From Octopus vulgaris (Eukaryota): 64,000 nucleotides of DNA. Position numbers and translations under genes: made by a program. The stretch spans positions 67,456,001-67,520,000 of the forward strand of contig OX597819.1 in assembly GCA_951406725.2 (NCBI GenBank), in the 5' to 3' direction. Shown here piece after piece: positions 1-12,370 of this stretch. Position 1 is the first letter of the stretch. Each line of letters opens with the position of its first letter. The notes below the pieces were generated by a model. The model was not told the DNA's origin and did no database searches. It was given only the letters and a program-made list of their open reading frames with translations.

Positions 1-2
1 AT

Positions 3-326
3 CGACCCGACCTTGGCCAGCATATTCAACGGAATCTATCTGAACAGTCCAGAAATACCATTTATATCGTCATCGCTATAAACTTACTGTTTCTGGTAAC
101 AACGTTTCCTGCTTCTATTTATTTCTTGGTACTATCACTCCAAAATGAAATTAATATGGTCATGTATATCTTTTTGGATACTATAGCTTGTATTAATAAT
201 GTTATTAACTTTATTTTGTATGTTGTGATTAGCAAATCATTTCGTCACAATTTGAAACACATATGTTCTAAAAAGATATATGCCAATAGGAGTACAGTAT
301 ATTCATTGCAGTCGACAGCAAATTAA
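3..326 (+). CDS. Class A GPCR, 3' part only (ICL3-TM6-TM7-helix 8); 5' end lies outside the window
   Basis: Frame is open from nt 3: RPDLGQHIQRNLSEQSRNTIYIVIAINLLFLVTTFPASIY...LDTIACINNVINFILYVVISKSFRHNLK. This is co-linear with the paralogs at 1864 and 40307 (RPNLGQ, IYIVIAIN, TTFP, NFILY). Confidence 0.85.
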   Translation, partial: RPDLGQHIQRNLSEQSRNTIYIVIAINLLFLVTTFPASIYFLVLSLQNEINMVMYIFLDTIACINNVINFILYVVISKSFRHNLKHICSKKIYANRSTVYSLQSTAN

Positions 327-872
327 AGCTCTCGATGCTTGAGCATTTTATTCCAATCCAGTAAGTATCTACTTAGATGTATATCTTAATTTATGTTCTT
401 TGCATATTTATGGAAGTATATTGCGTTTTCTTTCTGCTCCAGTCGCACATTTCATTTATATAAACATACATATTTATACATACACGTTTGTGAATTCTTG
501 TGCCTGTACGTGCATCTACTTGCGTGCGGGTGTCTATGTGAGTTTATGCGTGCGTGTGTATCTATATGCCTGTCTGTGTGTATATTTGTCATCACACCAC
601 CCAATCGATATCATAGTAGACCCCACCGCTAAAAGAAAATGTAAATCCCAAAGTTGAAAAGATTAAGTCCTGAATCGATTTGTTTAACTAGACCTACCTT
701 GACAGTGCGCCAGTATCTTAAAGTAAAATAATGAATAAAGAAATCGATAAAGACAATGATTAAAAGAAGCAATCTGTGATTTTAGCAAGACTAACGCAAA
801 CTTCATACGCAAATTTAAAAAGCGGGGAAAAATTTGGATATTTCAGCAGTATTTGTGTACAGTATCACACAA

Positions 873-952
<80 letters not shown>

Positions 953-1863
953 GTACATATATATACATATACATATGTATGTATTTATGTATGTATGCAT
1001 GTATGTATATATACATGTGTGTGTGTATGTATGTATGTATGTATGTATGTTTGTATTTATGTATATATGTGTCCGTGTGTGTTTATGTATATATACACAC
1101 ACATTCACATATTTATGCATGTATGTGTTTGTGTGCTTGTCTGTGTGTGTGTCTGTCGATTGAAGTTAAACAAGTATCGTACATGAAATTATATAACTGA
1201 ACCTCCTGTTGTATTCGTTTAAGCAGCGTAAATCAGAATAATGGCGGACATTAATTGAAAAATGAATTTACTGACAGTAGTTATCGCACAGCAGAAAAAA
1301 ATTAAGTAATATCCATTGATTAATTATTGATTAGCCAGCATATGCAAAAGCATTAATGAAAACATCATCACAGCTCTCATCATTGTTACAAGTAGTAGGG
1401 AAGATAATGTAGCCATTGATATGGTTAAGTTCTCGTTAATGATTTCAGTAGTATTAATGCATTGTTTTATGTGACATGTTGACAAACATCCGTGTTTTAT
1501 ATTAAACCGTATCAGAATCAGAGGAAGCGACAGGACAACGATAAATATAACACTTGAAAGATGATTTTCTTTTACTTTCATCGACTACAAGCATAAAATT
1601 CAATATATGTAGCAACCACTATATTTGCGGATGGGAAAAAATTGATGGCATACGGAATTATTTTTGAGTAAATTCACAAGTAAAGGAAGAAAAACATCCA
1701 CCAAATATTAAATAAACGGAAATCTAACAATATGAAGGTGTATATGATAACGATAAAGGGAAATAAAAATATGAACCCGTTTTTATTTTTTCATGTTTCA
1801 GTCAATTTCTATAAATTACACTGAACCGAAATTATAAGTGATACAAGTTTTAGAACATTCATA

Positions 1864-2757
1864 ATGATGAACTGTACTTCTATAATCACTGATGAAGAAT
1901 CTGTGCAAAGGAGAATTGTATTCTACGGGTCTATAATATTATTAACTTTTGGGACGTTTGGAAATTTAGCGGTCATTGGCACATATTGCGAGAAACGGAT
2001 GCGTCAGTCACATATAGCTCCATATCTCTTCTGTCTATTGTTGGTAGACTTACTTATAATATGCATAACTTATACAAAAAATATATTCCGTACATATTCA
2101 TTGCCGCATGAGAACACGAACGACATCTTTAACGATCACATAATTGGTAATATAATTCTCATCACATCTACTTATTCTTCGTGGATAACAGTTATCATAT
2201 CTACAGATCGTTTGTTGGCGGTTTGCTTCCCATTTTCTCGCCGTTTGACACCTAAACCCTACATTCCGTTTGTCATACTTCTGATAGTCCTTGCTTGTGT
2301 ATGTATAACATTTGCACTTATAATAATATTATTGAAAACATACGAATATCAAATGCTTTCCTTCCTCACGATCTACTCCTTCTTACCAGCTGTACTTATG
2401 GCTATTACCTCCATCATTATGATATATAAATTACTTCAGCGACCAAACCTCGGGCAACATTCACAACACAATCGATCGACACAATCCAAGAGCACCATAT
2501 ATATTGTCATCGCTATAAATATCACATTCTTAATAACAACATTTCCAGTGTCTGTATATTCATCTTTACAATCATACGAAGATATGTGTAACAATGAAAA
2601 TACATTCCTTATCTTGGATATGTTAGCGAATATAAATAATTGTCTTAATTTCATTTTATATTTTGTCGCCAGTAAAATATTTCGAAACAAGTTGAAACAG
2701 ATATGCTGTAAAGAAAAAATGAGAAATAATACAAGGAACGTATATACGATAAAATAG
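1864..2757 (+). CDS. Intronless class A GPCR (297 aa), FMRFamide-receptor/Srw-like orphan, possible chemoreceptor
   Basis: Seven hydrophobic segments; TM1 GN (FGTFGN), TM2 LLLVD, TM3 DRL, TM5 P (SFLPA), TM6 TTFP, TM7 NFILY, helix 8 FRNKL plus CC; N-glycan sequon NCT. Confidence 0.9.
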   Translation: MMNCTSIITDEESVQRRIVFYGSIILLTFGTFGNLAVIGTYCEKRMRQSHIAPYLFCLLLVDLLIICITYTKNIFRTYSLPHENTNDIFNDHIIGNIILITSTYSSWITVIISTDRLLAVCFPFSRRLTPKPYIPFVILLIVLACVCITFALIIILLKTYEYQMLSFLTIYSFLPAVLMAITSIIMIYKLLQRPNLGQHSQHNRSTQSKSTIYIVIAINITFLITTFPVSVYSSLQSYEDMCNNENTFLILDMLANINNCLNFILYFVASKIFRNKLKQICCKEKMRNNTRNVYTIK

Positions 2758-3056
2758 AGAAAGAAAGACTGGTCAAGTTTACACTTCATTTTTATCTAAC
2801 TGAAGTAAGTATTTTTACACACACTAAAATTTTTTTAAATATTTTTCTGAATTTGCAACTAGATATAATTCACATTATAACCCTTTCCTTGACACTATCA
2901 TCTTGACAAATACATACCTGCATACATATATGCATGTGTATGTGTATGCGCACATATGAGTGTATATAAGAGCATATATGCATGCATATGTATACCCGTA
3001 AATATTTCAATAGAAATTTTGTACGCGTGTTATATGAATACTACGAAACTACCTAT

Positions 3057-3125
<69 letters not shown>

Positions 3126-3329
3126 CTGGCCGGTAACTGATGAGTAGTTCGTGACCTTCTGTGTTTTCTGTTCGCTTGCATATTTAGTATATTTTCGTTT
3201 GTTTATCGCTTATTTACTAAACGTCTTTTAATTATATATCCACATAGGCATATCAAATTTTCCGTTTATTGTCTCCATTTTATGTAATCCTGAAAATATT
3301 TATGTAACGCACCCTCCTTAATTTTATTA

Positions 3330-3384
<55 letters not shown>

Positions 3385-3402
3385 CATACATACATACATA
3401 CA

Positions 3403-3433
<31 letters not shown>

Positions 3434-3497
3434 GTGTGTGTGTGTGATTTCTTAGTTCCCTCCCTCTCTCTCTCTCGATATAAACATACATATACGC

Positions 3498-3541
<44 letters not shown>

Positions 3542-3848
3542 GAGAGTAAGCACATAAATGTGTAACAAGATGGGAAACATAGTACTCGAATACTGAAGGT
3601 AGAGTAATATGCTTTAATATTAAAGTTCCAAATGTATCACAAATATAATACAAACATTTGCTACGCAGAGTTTCTAATTCCCCTTCGTTGACCAGCTTTG
3701 ATTGAGAATGGAACAAAAATACGGTTATATGTATAAATATGCAATTTACATTGACAGATACACATTTTAAATTGATTTCTCTTTTCAATTAATGGCTTTT
3801 TAAAGAACCGGTGATATACATGAAATTAAAGTTTAAATATTTAAAAAA

Positions 3849-4899
3849 TGATATGAAGTGGCAAGAAGTGGCAAGAAGCGACCCTCGAAGCCCATTCCTT
3901 ACTTACGATGAATCCGATACCTCCGACCGATCTAGCACCTTCTACTCTCCCTAATCTCACCGTGCATCCATTTTGCCATCGTATACCCCCTTCCTTCTTC
4001 CAGCGTGTCTCGCACAGCCCTAACACGTCGCACCTGATCTTCTTCCTCTCCTCCATTAGGTGGCTCAGTTCTTGCCACCCTGTCAGGGACCTGCAGTTGT
4101 AGGTGCATATGGCAAGGTTAGTCCTGTACCATGACGGCCCTCGGGAACCTGTCATTCTTAGCAGCCGTCATGGAGTGGCCCGATTGACGTGCAGGGTACT
4201 GAGGCCCTTTTCCTTTTCTCTTCGTTCTTCGTGCTGTTTTAGCCATAAGATGACGCCATCCCACTGGCTGGGCGGGCAGGCCGGCATTTTGTAGGATGGC
4301 CGTTGACTATTCAGGAGTTCATCCGCCCTTTGTTGGGTCTTATTTTTCCATCCCACAAGGTGTCCAACAGCACCCTCCTCACTAAGTGAACATGGTGGGG
4401 TTGTCAGTTTAGTCGCCGATGTCTCGTCCATGCAACAGGTTGGACAGGACCACCCGCGCCAACCTCATTAACAGTGCAGTTCTACCTACAATGTTATATG
4501 GTAGTGAAACATGGGCTACCACAAAGAGAGAAGAGCAGAGACTAGTAACGGCTCAAAGAGCCATGGAAAGGTCAATGCTTGGTATCTCGTTGAGAGAGCA
4601 CATCAGTAGCGAGATCATCAGAAAGAAGTCCGGCGTGAGAGATGTCATCGCAGAGTATACACGCAGCAACTATAGATGGGCTGGACACGTCGCCCGGCTC
4701 ACCGATAATCGGTGCACCCACGCATTTATCGAGTGGTACCCTCGCGAGCGGAAAAGACCACCCGGAAGACCGATTTCAGAAGGACGATTGGGATCACGTG
4801 GATGAGAAGGGCGCGATCCAGAGAGGAGTGGACAGCGTGCTATGACCAGTGGTGTCAAATGGACGCCTGACGGACTGGTCGGTCAAGGTGATCAAGGTG
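3849..4899. mobile_element. RTE-clade LINE insertion with inverted 5' segment and large internal deletion
   Basis: 3849-~4431 (-) holds the 5' region and APE N-terminus (ICTYNCRSL, DVLGLCETRW, GGIGFIV). ~4432-4899 (+) holds the RTE C-terminus (VLPTMLYGSETW, WAGHVAR, RKRPPGRP) and a TCAAGGTGA-type tail. Flanked by the direct repeat ATATTTAAAAAA at 3837-3848 and 4900-4911. Confidence 0.85.
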
Positions 4900-4949
4900 A
4901 TATTTAAAAAAAACTTATACGCGGTTGGCTTCCTTTGATTAGCATTTAC

Positions 4950-5850
4950 AGACACCTACAAAAAAGCTAACACTAATTTATATAAATAGGTTAATATCGA
5001 AGCAAGAAAGATCGCTAACAATCTTAAACTTAGTGATAGGATAGAACATCTTTACTCACGCCAACCCTTTATTACCCTTAAGGACCACAAAGCTAATTTC
5101 CCTAGAAACCCTGAATGTAGAATAATCGACCCAGCTAAAACAGAAATAGGAATTATTAGCAAACATATTTTAGAGTCTATTTTAAACAAGTTAAGCAGAG
5201 AATGAAATTTACGGATTTGTGAAAATAGTAAGTCAATTATAGATTGGTTCAAGGGAATTAGCCATGAATTTATCATCCAATTTATGTAGGTCGATACTGT
5301 CGATTATCACCCGTGAATATCCAGACCTTTACTTCTTAAAGAATTAGAATTCGACAAACGGTAAGTCACTGCATGCAAGGAAATTCCTCCTGTTTTACGA
5401 TAATTCCACTTGGGTCAAAAGGAGCGACGATTCTTTATTTGATGTGCCGATGGGGTATATGATAGAGCTGAGTAATGTGTGCTTATAGGAACCTATATTT
5501 TGTATAACCCGGATCTGGAATTCCCTTAAATAGATGCAGGAGTATACAGGGATGACGGACGGTTTTATAGTTACTCGTAATTTGAACGGCCATGATTTAG
5601 ATAGACTTAGGAAGAATCTTATTACTTTCTTCCAAAGAATACGGTTACGTATAACGATAGAAACTAACCTAACTAATGTAGATTTTATTAGGTATTAACT
5701 TTTTAGGTATCAAATCATCCATCGTAATACTTCAGAATCTAGTTAGTACCGGAAATATCCAGCCGAATTGTAATTTCAAAAATGAAAGTTGCTGTCCGTA
5801 GAGAGGAAATTCTTTTGAGAATGAAATAGTTTATAGAGCTAAGAAACTAA
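4950..5850 (+). mobile_element. Degenerate Penelope-like element (RT and start of the Cys-linker/GIY-YIG region)
   Basis: Manual translation across frameshifts: ARKIANNLKLSDRIE, ITLKDHKANFPRNPECRIIDPAKTEIGIISKHIL, FDVPMG, GVYRDDG, NCN...CP...IVYRA. Confidence 0.75.
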
Positions 5851-6957
5851 TGGATGGCTCGCAAGAAAACAAAACACGTACTGGAGCCACAGGAAATTCT
5901 CTCAAGACTAGACTGTATTTCCTCCGAAATTGATTTCGATAACCCCAAAGCAGAACAGCAACAAGTCTTACTAAACATGTCGTCCGGCAATTGAAAGAAA
6001 ATGATGCCCGTCCTTTCAAAATCAGCAGGGCAATCTTGGAGAAAGCAGTACCCTGTAATCACGGACCATATAAACACCCAATAAGGTGCAATGTTTGGCT
6101 GACTGAAAAGCTCTTCATCCTGAATCCAGGATAAATAAGCACTGAACCAAAGACGGGGGTCATTTAAATTCCCGCAGACACGCTACGAGGTATGAAATCT
6201 CGAGTGAATAAATACCGTACGGATAACATTGACTTATGCATTTGAATTTAGACTTTTCACCTAAATACAAGCATCATTTAATATTACAACCATTTTCGAC
6301 TTAACGTTTTACATTTTTCGACTTTCAAGAAAACCTCCGTTTGTTTACGAACTATTATTTGTATTTTATTATATTTTATTATTTTTATATTAGTTTTATT
6401 TAATTTACATTGTTTTATTGTAACTATTACATTTAAATGCACCTTTTTAGCCATGGAATTGTTTTGTTTTTTTTGCACACTGCAATTTACCCCGAAATAT
6501 ACCTAACTACATTGATCATTAATGCATATATTTAAAGTCAATTTAAATATGCTTTAAAATATCGAATACCCGAATGGATTGATTTTATAGTATTTTTTAA
6601 AATTATTTTTATGATATTTAAAATTAAATACTCAATTATTTGAATTTATTTACCATTATTATTATCATTGCCGGTAAGGCGATAGTGCCAAGCTTTAGCG
6701 AGCGAGTCAAATATTTCGCGATTTTTAGCCAGTTGCGAATTTTTTAACTAAATTCCGCCGAGGTCAGAATTAAAAAAGAATTACTTATTTTCAAATTTTT
6801 ATTTTAAATTTAAATATTCAAATATGTATTGCACTAAATTATATTACGCTAATTTATTGCGCTATTTTCTTAATTTCGATATTTAATACACCATATAAAC
6901 CATTTTAAAATTATTCCTAAGCGTATGCAACTTATCGTCTATACAAACATACATACA

Positions 6958-7007
<50 letters not shown>

Positions 7008-7060
7008 TATATATATGTATATTTATATATACATATATGTGTGTATATGTATATGTGTAT

Positions 7061-7139
<79 letters not shown>

Positions 7140-7142
<3 letters not shown>

Positions 7143-7300
7143 AGAGTTTACGAAAAAACAAAAGACGAAGACAGGTGGTGTACAAAACAAAAAGATGTAT
7201 TAGTATAACGCTCAGGAATAGAAAAAGTCTTTTACGTTTCGAGACCAAGCTCTTCTACAGAAAGGGACACAGAAAAAAACAAGGAGAGAAAAAAATGTGT
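7140..7300 (-). repeat. Short interspersed repeat with a divergent minimal hammerhead-like motif (same family as 57213-57670)
   Basis: Shares GAAAAAACAAAAGACGAAGA...TTTTACGTTTC...GCTCTTC with the 57 kb copies; abuts a (TA)n tract. Confidence 0.6.
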
Positions 7301-7378
7301 GTAGTGGTAACGATCTATCATGTTTATTTGTGTAGTGGTATGCGTGCATACATGTATGTATTTATGTATTTATTTCAA

Positions 7379-7424
<46 letters not shown>

Positions 7425-8157
7425 ATGTATATTTTTATCTCACTTTCCTTTTTTCTCTCGCCACTTCTGTTTCTTCCTCCGAACACTTCTTATTCTGATT
7501 CCTTTTCTAACTTCTAACAAAGTTGCATAGTCAGAACATACACACACAGAGGTATGAGGTGTGTATATATATATAAACAGATACCTATGTATATATATAT
7601 TCGTATGTATATTCACATTTATATTATACCTGCAGATGTTTGTATATACGTATGAACGAAGTATCAACTTTTGTATGTTGAGCGTATATACATATGCATA
7701 TGTTATTAGTCTGTGGATGTATAAGTGAATGTTTGCATTTATTTCTATGTGAATAATGCGTGTTTATATTTTATGCTGTTAGATCTAAGTGAACATTTTA
7801 TTATAAACAGACTTATATTTCACCATTAATTAATTTACTCTGAGTATACATGTTTTTCTACTACCTAAAGTTATTTTTGACATACAGTTTCCTTCTCTTT
7901 TGCATAGTATAATTTTTAGATCATTTAATTCTAATTTTATCACCGTTTCTTAAGAAAAACTGTTAGTTGAAAGGAGCAATGAATCGGAAACAATTTCAAA
8001 TGTATATCTGTCAATATAATTTATACATTTATGATTATAACCTTACTATTTTGTTTCATTCTCAATAAAAAGTGTCAGACGAATGGGAACTTGTGACTCT
8101 GAATATCAGATTTTTGCGAACTTTTATGATGTTTTTACAGCTTTAATAATAATAATA

Positions 8158-8197
<40 letters not shown>

Positions 8198-8551
8198 TGT
8201 ATGTGTGTGTGAATAAAAAAAGTTGAGAGTGAACTGGTATTCGTTAAGTTTTTGTTAACTTTAAGTACTTCACCAGTTTCACAGATATCCTTGATTTTCA
8301 AATGTTGAGATAGAAAGACCTCAAGATATGCTGCGGCTGTCTTGCTTCACAGGCTGTTGCAGCATGGTTTAGTCTCGTATTACACCAACTTTTGGAAATC
8401 AGACAAACCTATGAACCCGGATACTTCTTTAATATAAAACAAAAATTCTTAAGGAATCTCAATACATTTTTAACTTCTTTTTTATATAACCTGTTTTGTA
8501 TATATAAATGCATATATATATATATATGTATATATATGTATATGTATATAA

Positions 8552-9206
8552 ATATCACCCCCACCTGGTGGATGCCCGGGAGGAGGTTTTGAATGAGAAA
8601 CCTGCCCGGGAAGTGAACCCAGGTGCAAGTTCTCCAACCGGCAGCAAAGGCCATGGAGACGGAGAACCCGGTGAAGAGGTAGAGGGAGGAGGAAGAACTA
8701 AAAGACGGGCTGGTAGAGCTAAAGGAAAAGCTCAAGCAGGACCAAAGGGTGAAAAAACCAGGAATAGAAGTGGAACCGCAAAAGATGGAAACGGACAGCG
8801 CACACAGGTGTGTAGGTTCTACCTGAGAGGTTCCTGCTGGCATGGAAAGGAAGGTGCAGGCTGCCGCTTTGCACATCGGGGACCCTGCCACAGAGACACG
8901 AGGCAGATGGACAAACCATCAACACAAAGAAAAGGGATGGACCACGCACCACTTGCCCCAAAGCGGAGGTACGCAGATGTTGTGCGTGCCACAAACCACC
9001 AACATGATGTTGTCGAAAGGGCAGCTGCTGAGCAACAATCTTTTTTGTGCATGGCACAAAAGATTGTACAGCAGCTGACCTGGCTTCATCAAACCCAAGC
9101 CCGCAGGTGGGACTACCCACTATATACCAGACCACCACCACAGCAAACAGACCCAGGATGGACACCACCGGCAACAACGTACACCTCACCTCGATGCTCC
9201 TACTGA
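8552..9206 (+). CDS. LINE ORF1 C-terminal part with CCCH zinc finger
   Basis: CRFYLRGSCWHGKEGAGCRFAH (C-x7-C-x8-C-x3-H) in a basic, low-complexity protein. The predicted start at 8508 is microsatellite-derived. Confidence 0.7.
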
Positions 9207-12154
9207 ACATCAGAGGACTGCAAACACTCAGTAACAGGACAAAAATCCCGTTCCTGAGAGATTTTGTTGCATGCAATCAAGTCTTATGCATAGCACTAAC
9301 GGAAACGCACCTGAAACCGGATATAGCAGATGCGGAGTTACACATACCACAGTATGCTGTACTACGGACCGACAGGAAAGAAAGGAGTCATGGAGGTGTT
9401 GCTATGTACATCCGTGAGGACCTCACACCCCAGGTCCTCTTGTCATACTCAAACTCGGTGTGTGACACACTAATTGTACATATTAGGCAACTTGATGTAG
9501 TTGTGTGTGCTACATATCGCCCTCCAGATGCCCCAAGCCATGTGGGCAAGTTTGAAGACTGCCTTATAAAAATAGAAGAAGTTCTAACCACATTAGAACA
9601 ACACATAAGTGTACTTCTTATGGGAGACTTCAATCTGCCAAATGTCAGATGGCCCGAGGGCCTTTCTCTCCCAGGAATGACAAGATGTGAACGAGGACAG
9701 GCGAGGTCCCTCCTGAACCTCATCAACACCCTGTACATGGAGCAGGTAATACTCCAACCAACCAGGGCAGGTAACACACTGGATCTCTGCTTCACAAATG
9801 ACATGGATCTCATCCATAATGTGAAAGTAACACCGACACTACTCTCGGATCACAACATGATAGAGCTGACCATGTACGGGCCAAAAGAGAGCACGGACAT
9901 GCAGCCTACAAGAAACCCCCAGAATCTTTCCAGCTTGAACTACCATAAGGCAAACTGGAAACAAATTGAGAAAGAGATCCTCAAACAAAACTGGCCTAAA
10001 TGTCTCTCCTCGCCAGACATCGACGTGAAACTTCAACAATTCATGTCTGTAATGCAAGCCATATGCTACAAATATGTCCCAGAGAGAAAGGCCACTGTAC
10101 ACAAGAACAAAATCCCCAGAGAGAGGAAAATTCTAATGAGACGGCGTACAAAATTTTCAAATCGCCTAAACAAACAGATTGAAAGCAGTGAAAAGTCCCG
10201 CCTAAAAATAAAACTGTTGGAAATCGAAAAATGTCTGAAACTCTCCCATGAAAAGGAAAGAGCAGACAAAGAAGCCTGGGCTATAGACAACATAAAATCT
10301 AACCCCAGAGCTTTCTACAGGTATGCCAAAGAAACAGCTACAGTGCACTGTAGAATAGGGCCACTCCTCGAAAAGGATGGCACACTTACAGGAAAACCAA
10401 TGAGGGTAAGTGAAATACTGAATGAGCAATTCAAGAGTGTTTTCACTCCACCCCTTGGGCATCTCCAAATCACCAATCCAACTGACTTTTTTACCACTGC
10501 AGATATAAAATCAGAGGCGGCGACGATAGATTACATCGATATAAAGGAAGACGATGTAATCAAGGCTATAGATGAAATGAAAACAGACTCAGCTACTGGC
10601 CCCGATGGATTCCCGGCAATCCTCCTAAAAGCATGTAAGAGAGTCCTAGCAAGACCACTGCAGTTCCTCTTTCAGAGCTTCCTTGCAGCTGGCAAACTTC
10701 CAAGAAAACTGAAGGAAGGTAAAATATGCCCCATTCATAAAGGAGGTAGCAGAGCGGAAGCCAAGAACTATAGACCTATCTCTCTGACCTCACACATCAG
10801 CAAGGTCATGGAACGAATAGTCAGAAGGAAGCTGATCACCTTCCTTGAAGAAAATGACTTGCTGCCCGACACCCAACGTGGTTTCCGACCAGGGAGAAGC
10901 TGTTTAACTCAGCTCCTACAACACTATGACTGGGTGCTGAAACGGTTGCTCAACCACTCAAATGTGGAAGTGATATATCTCGACTTTGCAAAGGCCTTTG
11001 ATAAAGTCGATCATGGAATGATATGTCACAAACTGCGTGATCTCAACATAGTTGGAAAACTGGGAGAATGGATTCATGACTTTCCGAAAGATAGAAGTCA
11101 GGTGGTAGTGGCCAATGGGGCCACTTCCATTAACACGCAAATAGTGAGCGGTGTTCCGCAGGGCACTGTTCTGGGACCACTGCTGTTCATAATGGCCCTC
11201 TCAGTCATGCCCTCAGCCACGCAGAGAGCCACGATCACAAGTTATGCAGATGATACAAAAGTTTCACAGGCAACACAGAACCCTGAGGACACTAAACACC
11301 TGCAATGTGAGCTAGACAAAATATACAAGTGGGCCGAAAAGAATAGCATGCAGTTCAATGCTGAAAAGTTTCAAGCTCTATACTATCAGCATGCAAAACT
11401 AAATGCAATACCCAATGAATACACTGGACCCGGAGGAATAGCAATCCCAGAGGCACAATCAGTGCGTGACCTAGGTATTTACATGAGTGATGACGCGACC
11501 TTTCGTGTACATGTTGCTAAATTGGCAATGAAATGTAGACGACTGGCCGGATGGATCCTCAGAACCTTTAGAACAAGAGAAGAAGAAACCATGATGGTCC
11601 TCTGGAGGACACTTGTCCTAAGCCACTTTGACTACTGCTCTCAGTTATGGTCACCATCCAGTGTCAAGTTGATCGCAGAGCTCGAGGCGATCCAACGTAG
11701 CTACACGAAGAAGATAGCCTCTATGCAGAATGTAAGCTACTGGGAAAGACTCAGGAAATTAAAATTATATTCCTTGGAGCGTAGGCGGGAAAGATATGCC
11801 ATAATATACATCTGGAAGATCCTGGAGGGAAGTGTCCTGAACTTTGGCATCGAGAGTTACGCAAATGCCAGACGTGGGCGCCACTGCGTGGTGCCTAGGA
11901 CTCCAAACTTGCCATCAAGATGTAGGACAAGATTCTGTGATAGCCTGGGCTTCCGAGGCCCACAGCTCTTCAATATCCTCCCGAAGAACCTGAGAGACCT
12001 GCATGGGGTGGATACAGATGTCTTTAAAATGAAGCTGGATCTCTTCCTGTCAGGTGTCCCAGATGAACCAACTTCACGGCAGGAGGGGCAGATGAGGGCA
12101 GCTGCATCGAACTCTCTCATGCACCAAATAGCAGCTGCTAGAAAGCCTTCATGA
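9047..12154 (+). CDS. LINE ORF2: apurinic endonuclease plus reverse transcriptase (first ATG at 9158)
   Basis: APE motifs LNIRGL, LTETHL, GGVA, YRPP, GDFN, PTR..NTLDL, SDH; RT motifs GPDG, NYRPISL, YLDFAKAFD, GVPQG, YADD, DLG; C-terminal SLERRR. Confidence 0.95.
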   Translation: MHGTKDCTAADLASSNPSPQVGLPTIYQTTTTANRPRMDTTGNNVHLTSMLLLNIRGLQTLSNRTKIPFLRDFVACNQVLCIALTETHLKPDIADAELHIPQYAVLRTDRKERSHGGVAMYIREDLTPQVLLSYSNSVCDTLIVHIRQLDVVVCATYRPPDAPSHVGKFEDCLIKIEEVLTTLEQHISVLLMGDFNLPNVRWPEGLSLPGMTRCERGQARSLLNLINTLYMEQVILQPTRAGNTLDLCFTNDMDLIHNVKVTPTLLSDHNMIELTMYGPKESTDMQPTRNPQNLSSLNYHKANWKQIEKEILKQNWPKCLSSPDIDVKLQQFMSVMQAICYKYVPERKATVHKNKIPRERKILMRRRTKFSNRLNKQIESSEKSRLKIKLLEIEKCLKLSHEKERADKEAWAIDNIKSNPRAFYRYAKETATVHCRIGPLLEKDGTLTGKPMRVSEILNEQFKSVFTPPLGHLQITNPTDFFTTADIKSEAATIDYIDIKEDDVIKAIDEMKTDSATGPDGFPAILLKACKRVLARPLQFLFQSFLAAGKLPRKLKEGKICPIHKGGSRAEAKNYRPISLTSHISKVMERIVRRKLITFLEENDLLPDTQRGFRPGRSCLTQLLQHYDWVLKRLLNHSNVEVIYLDFAKAFDKVDHGMICHKLRDLNIVGKLGEWIHDFPKDRSQVVVANGATSINTQIVSGVPQGTVLGPLLFIMALSVMPSATQRATITSYADDTKVSQATQNPEDTKHLQCELDKIYKWAEKNSMQFNAEKFQALYYQHAKLNAIPNEYTGPGGIAIPEAQSVRDLGIYMSDDATFRVHVAKLAMKCRRLAGWILRTFRTREEETMMVLWRTLVLSHFDYCSQLWSPSSVKLIAELEAIQRSYTKKIASMQNVSYWERLRKLKLYSLERRRERYAIIYIWKILEGSVLNFGIESYANARRGRHCVVPRTPNLPSRCRTRFCDSLGFRGPQLFNILPKNLRDLHGVDTDVFKMKLDLFLSGVPDEPTSRQEGQMRAAASNSLMHQIAAARKPS

Positions 12155-12283
12155 AGTGAAACCAAGTAGCAACTCCAAATGGCGGTGCCCCAGCATGGCC
12201 ACAGCTCATAAGCTGAAACTGGAAAAATCAAAAAAATCAAAAAATCATATATATATATATATATATATATGTATTTGCATATG

Positions 12284-12348
<65 letters not shown>

Positions 12349-12370
12349 ATATATATACATATATATATAC

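Larger units (their letters stand above)
8552..12247 (+). mobile_element. CR1-group (APE-RT) LINE, near full length, 5'-truncated in ORF1
   Basis: Partial ORF1, uninterrupted ORF2 and a 3' UTR ending in an AAAAATCA-type repeat tail; TA-rich microsatellites on both sides. Confidence 0.92.

Noticed and set aside
3035-3152. CTAC-GAAA ... CTGATGA-GTAG flanking a (TA)n tract, resembling a permuted (type II) hammerhead
   Set aside because: Stem II could pair, but no stem I or correctly placed NUH site can be drawn.
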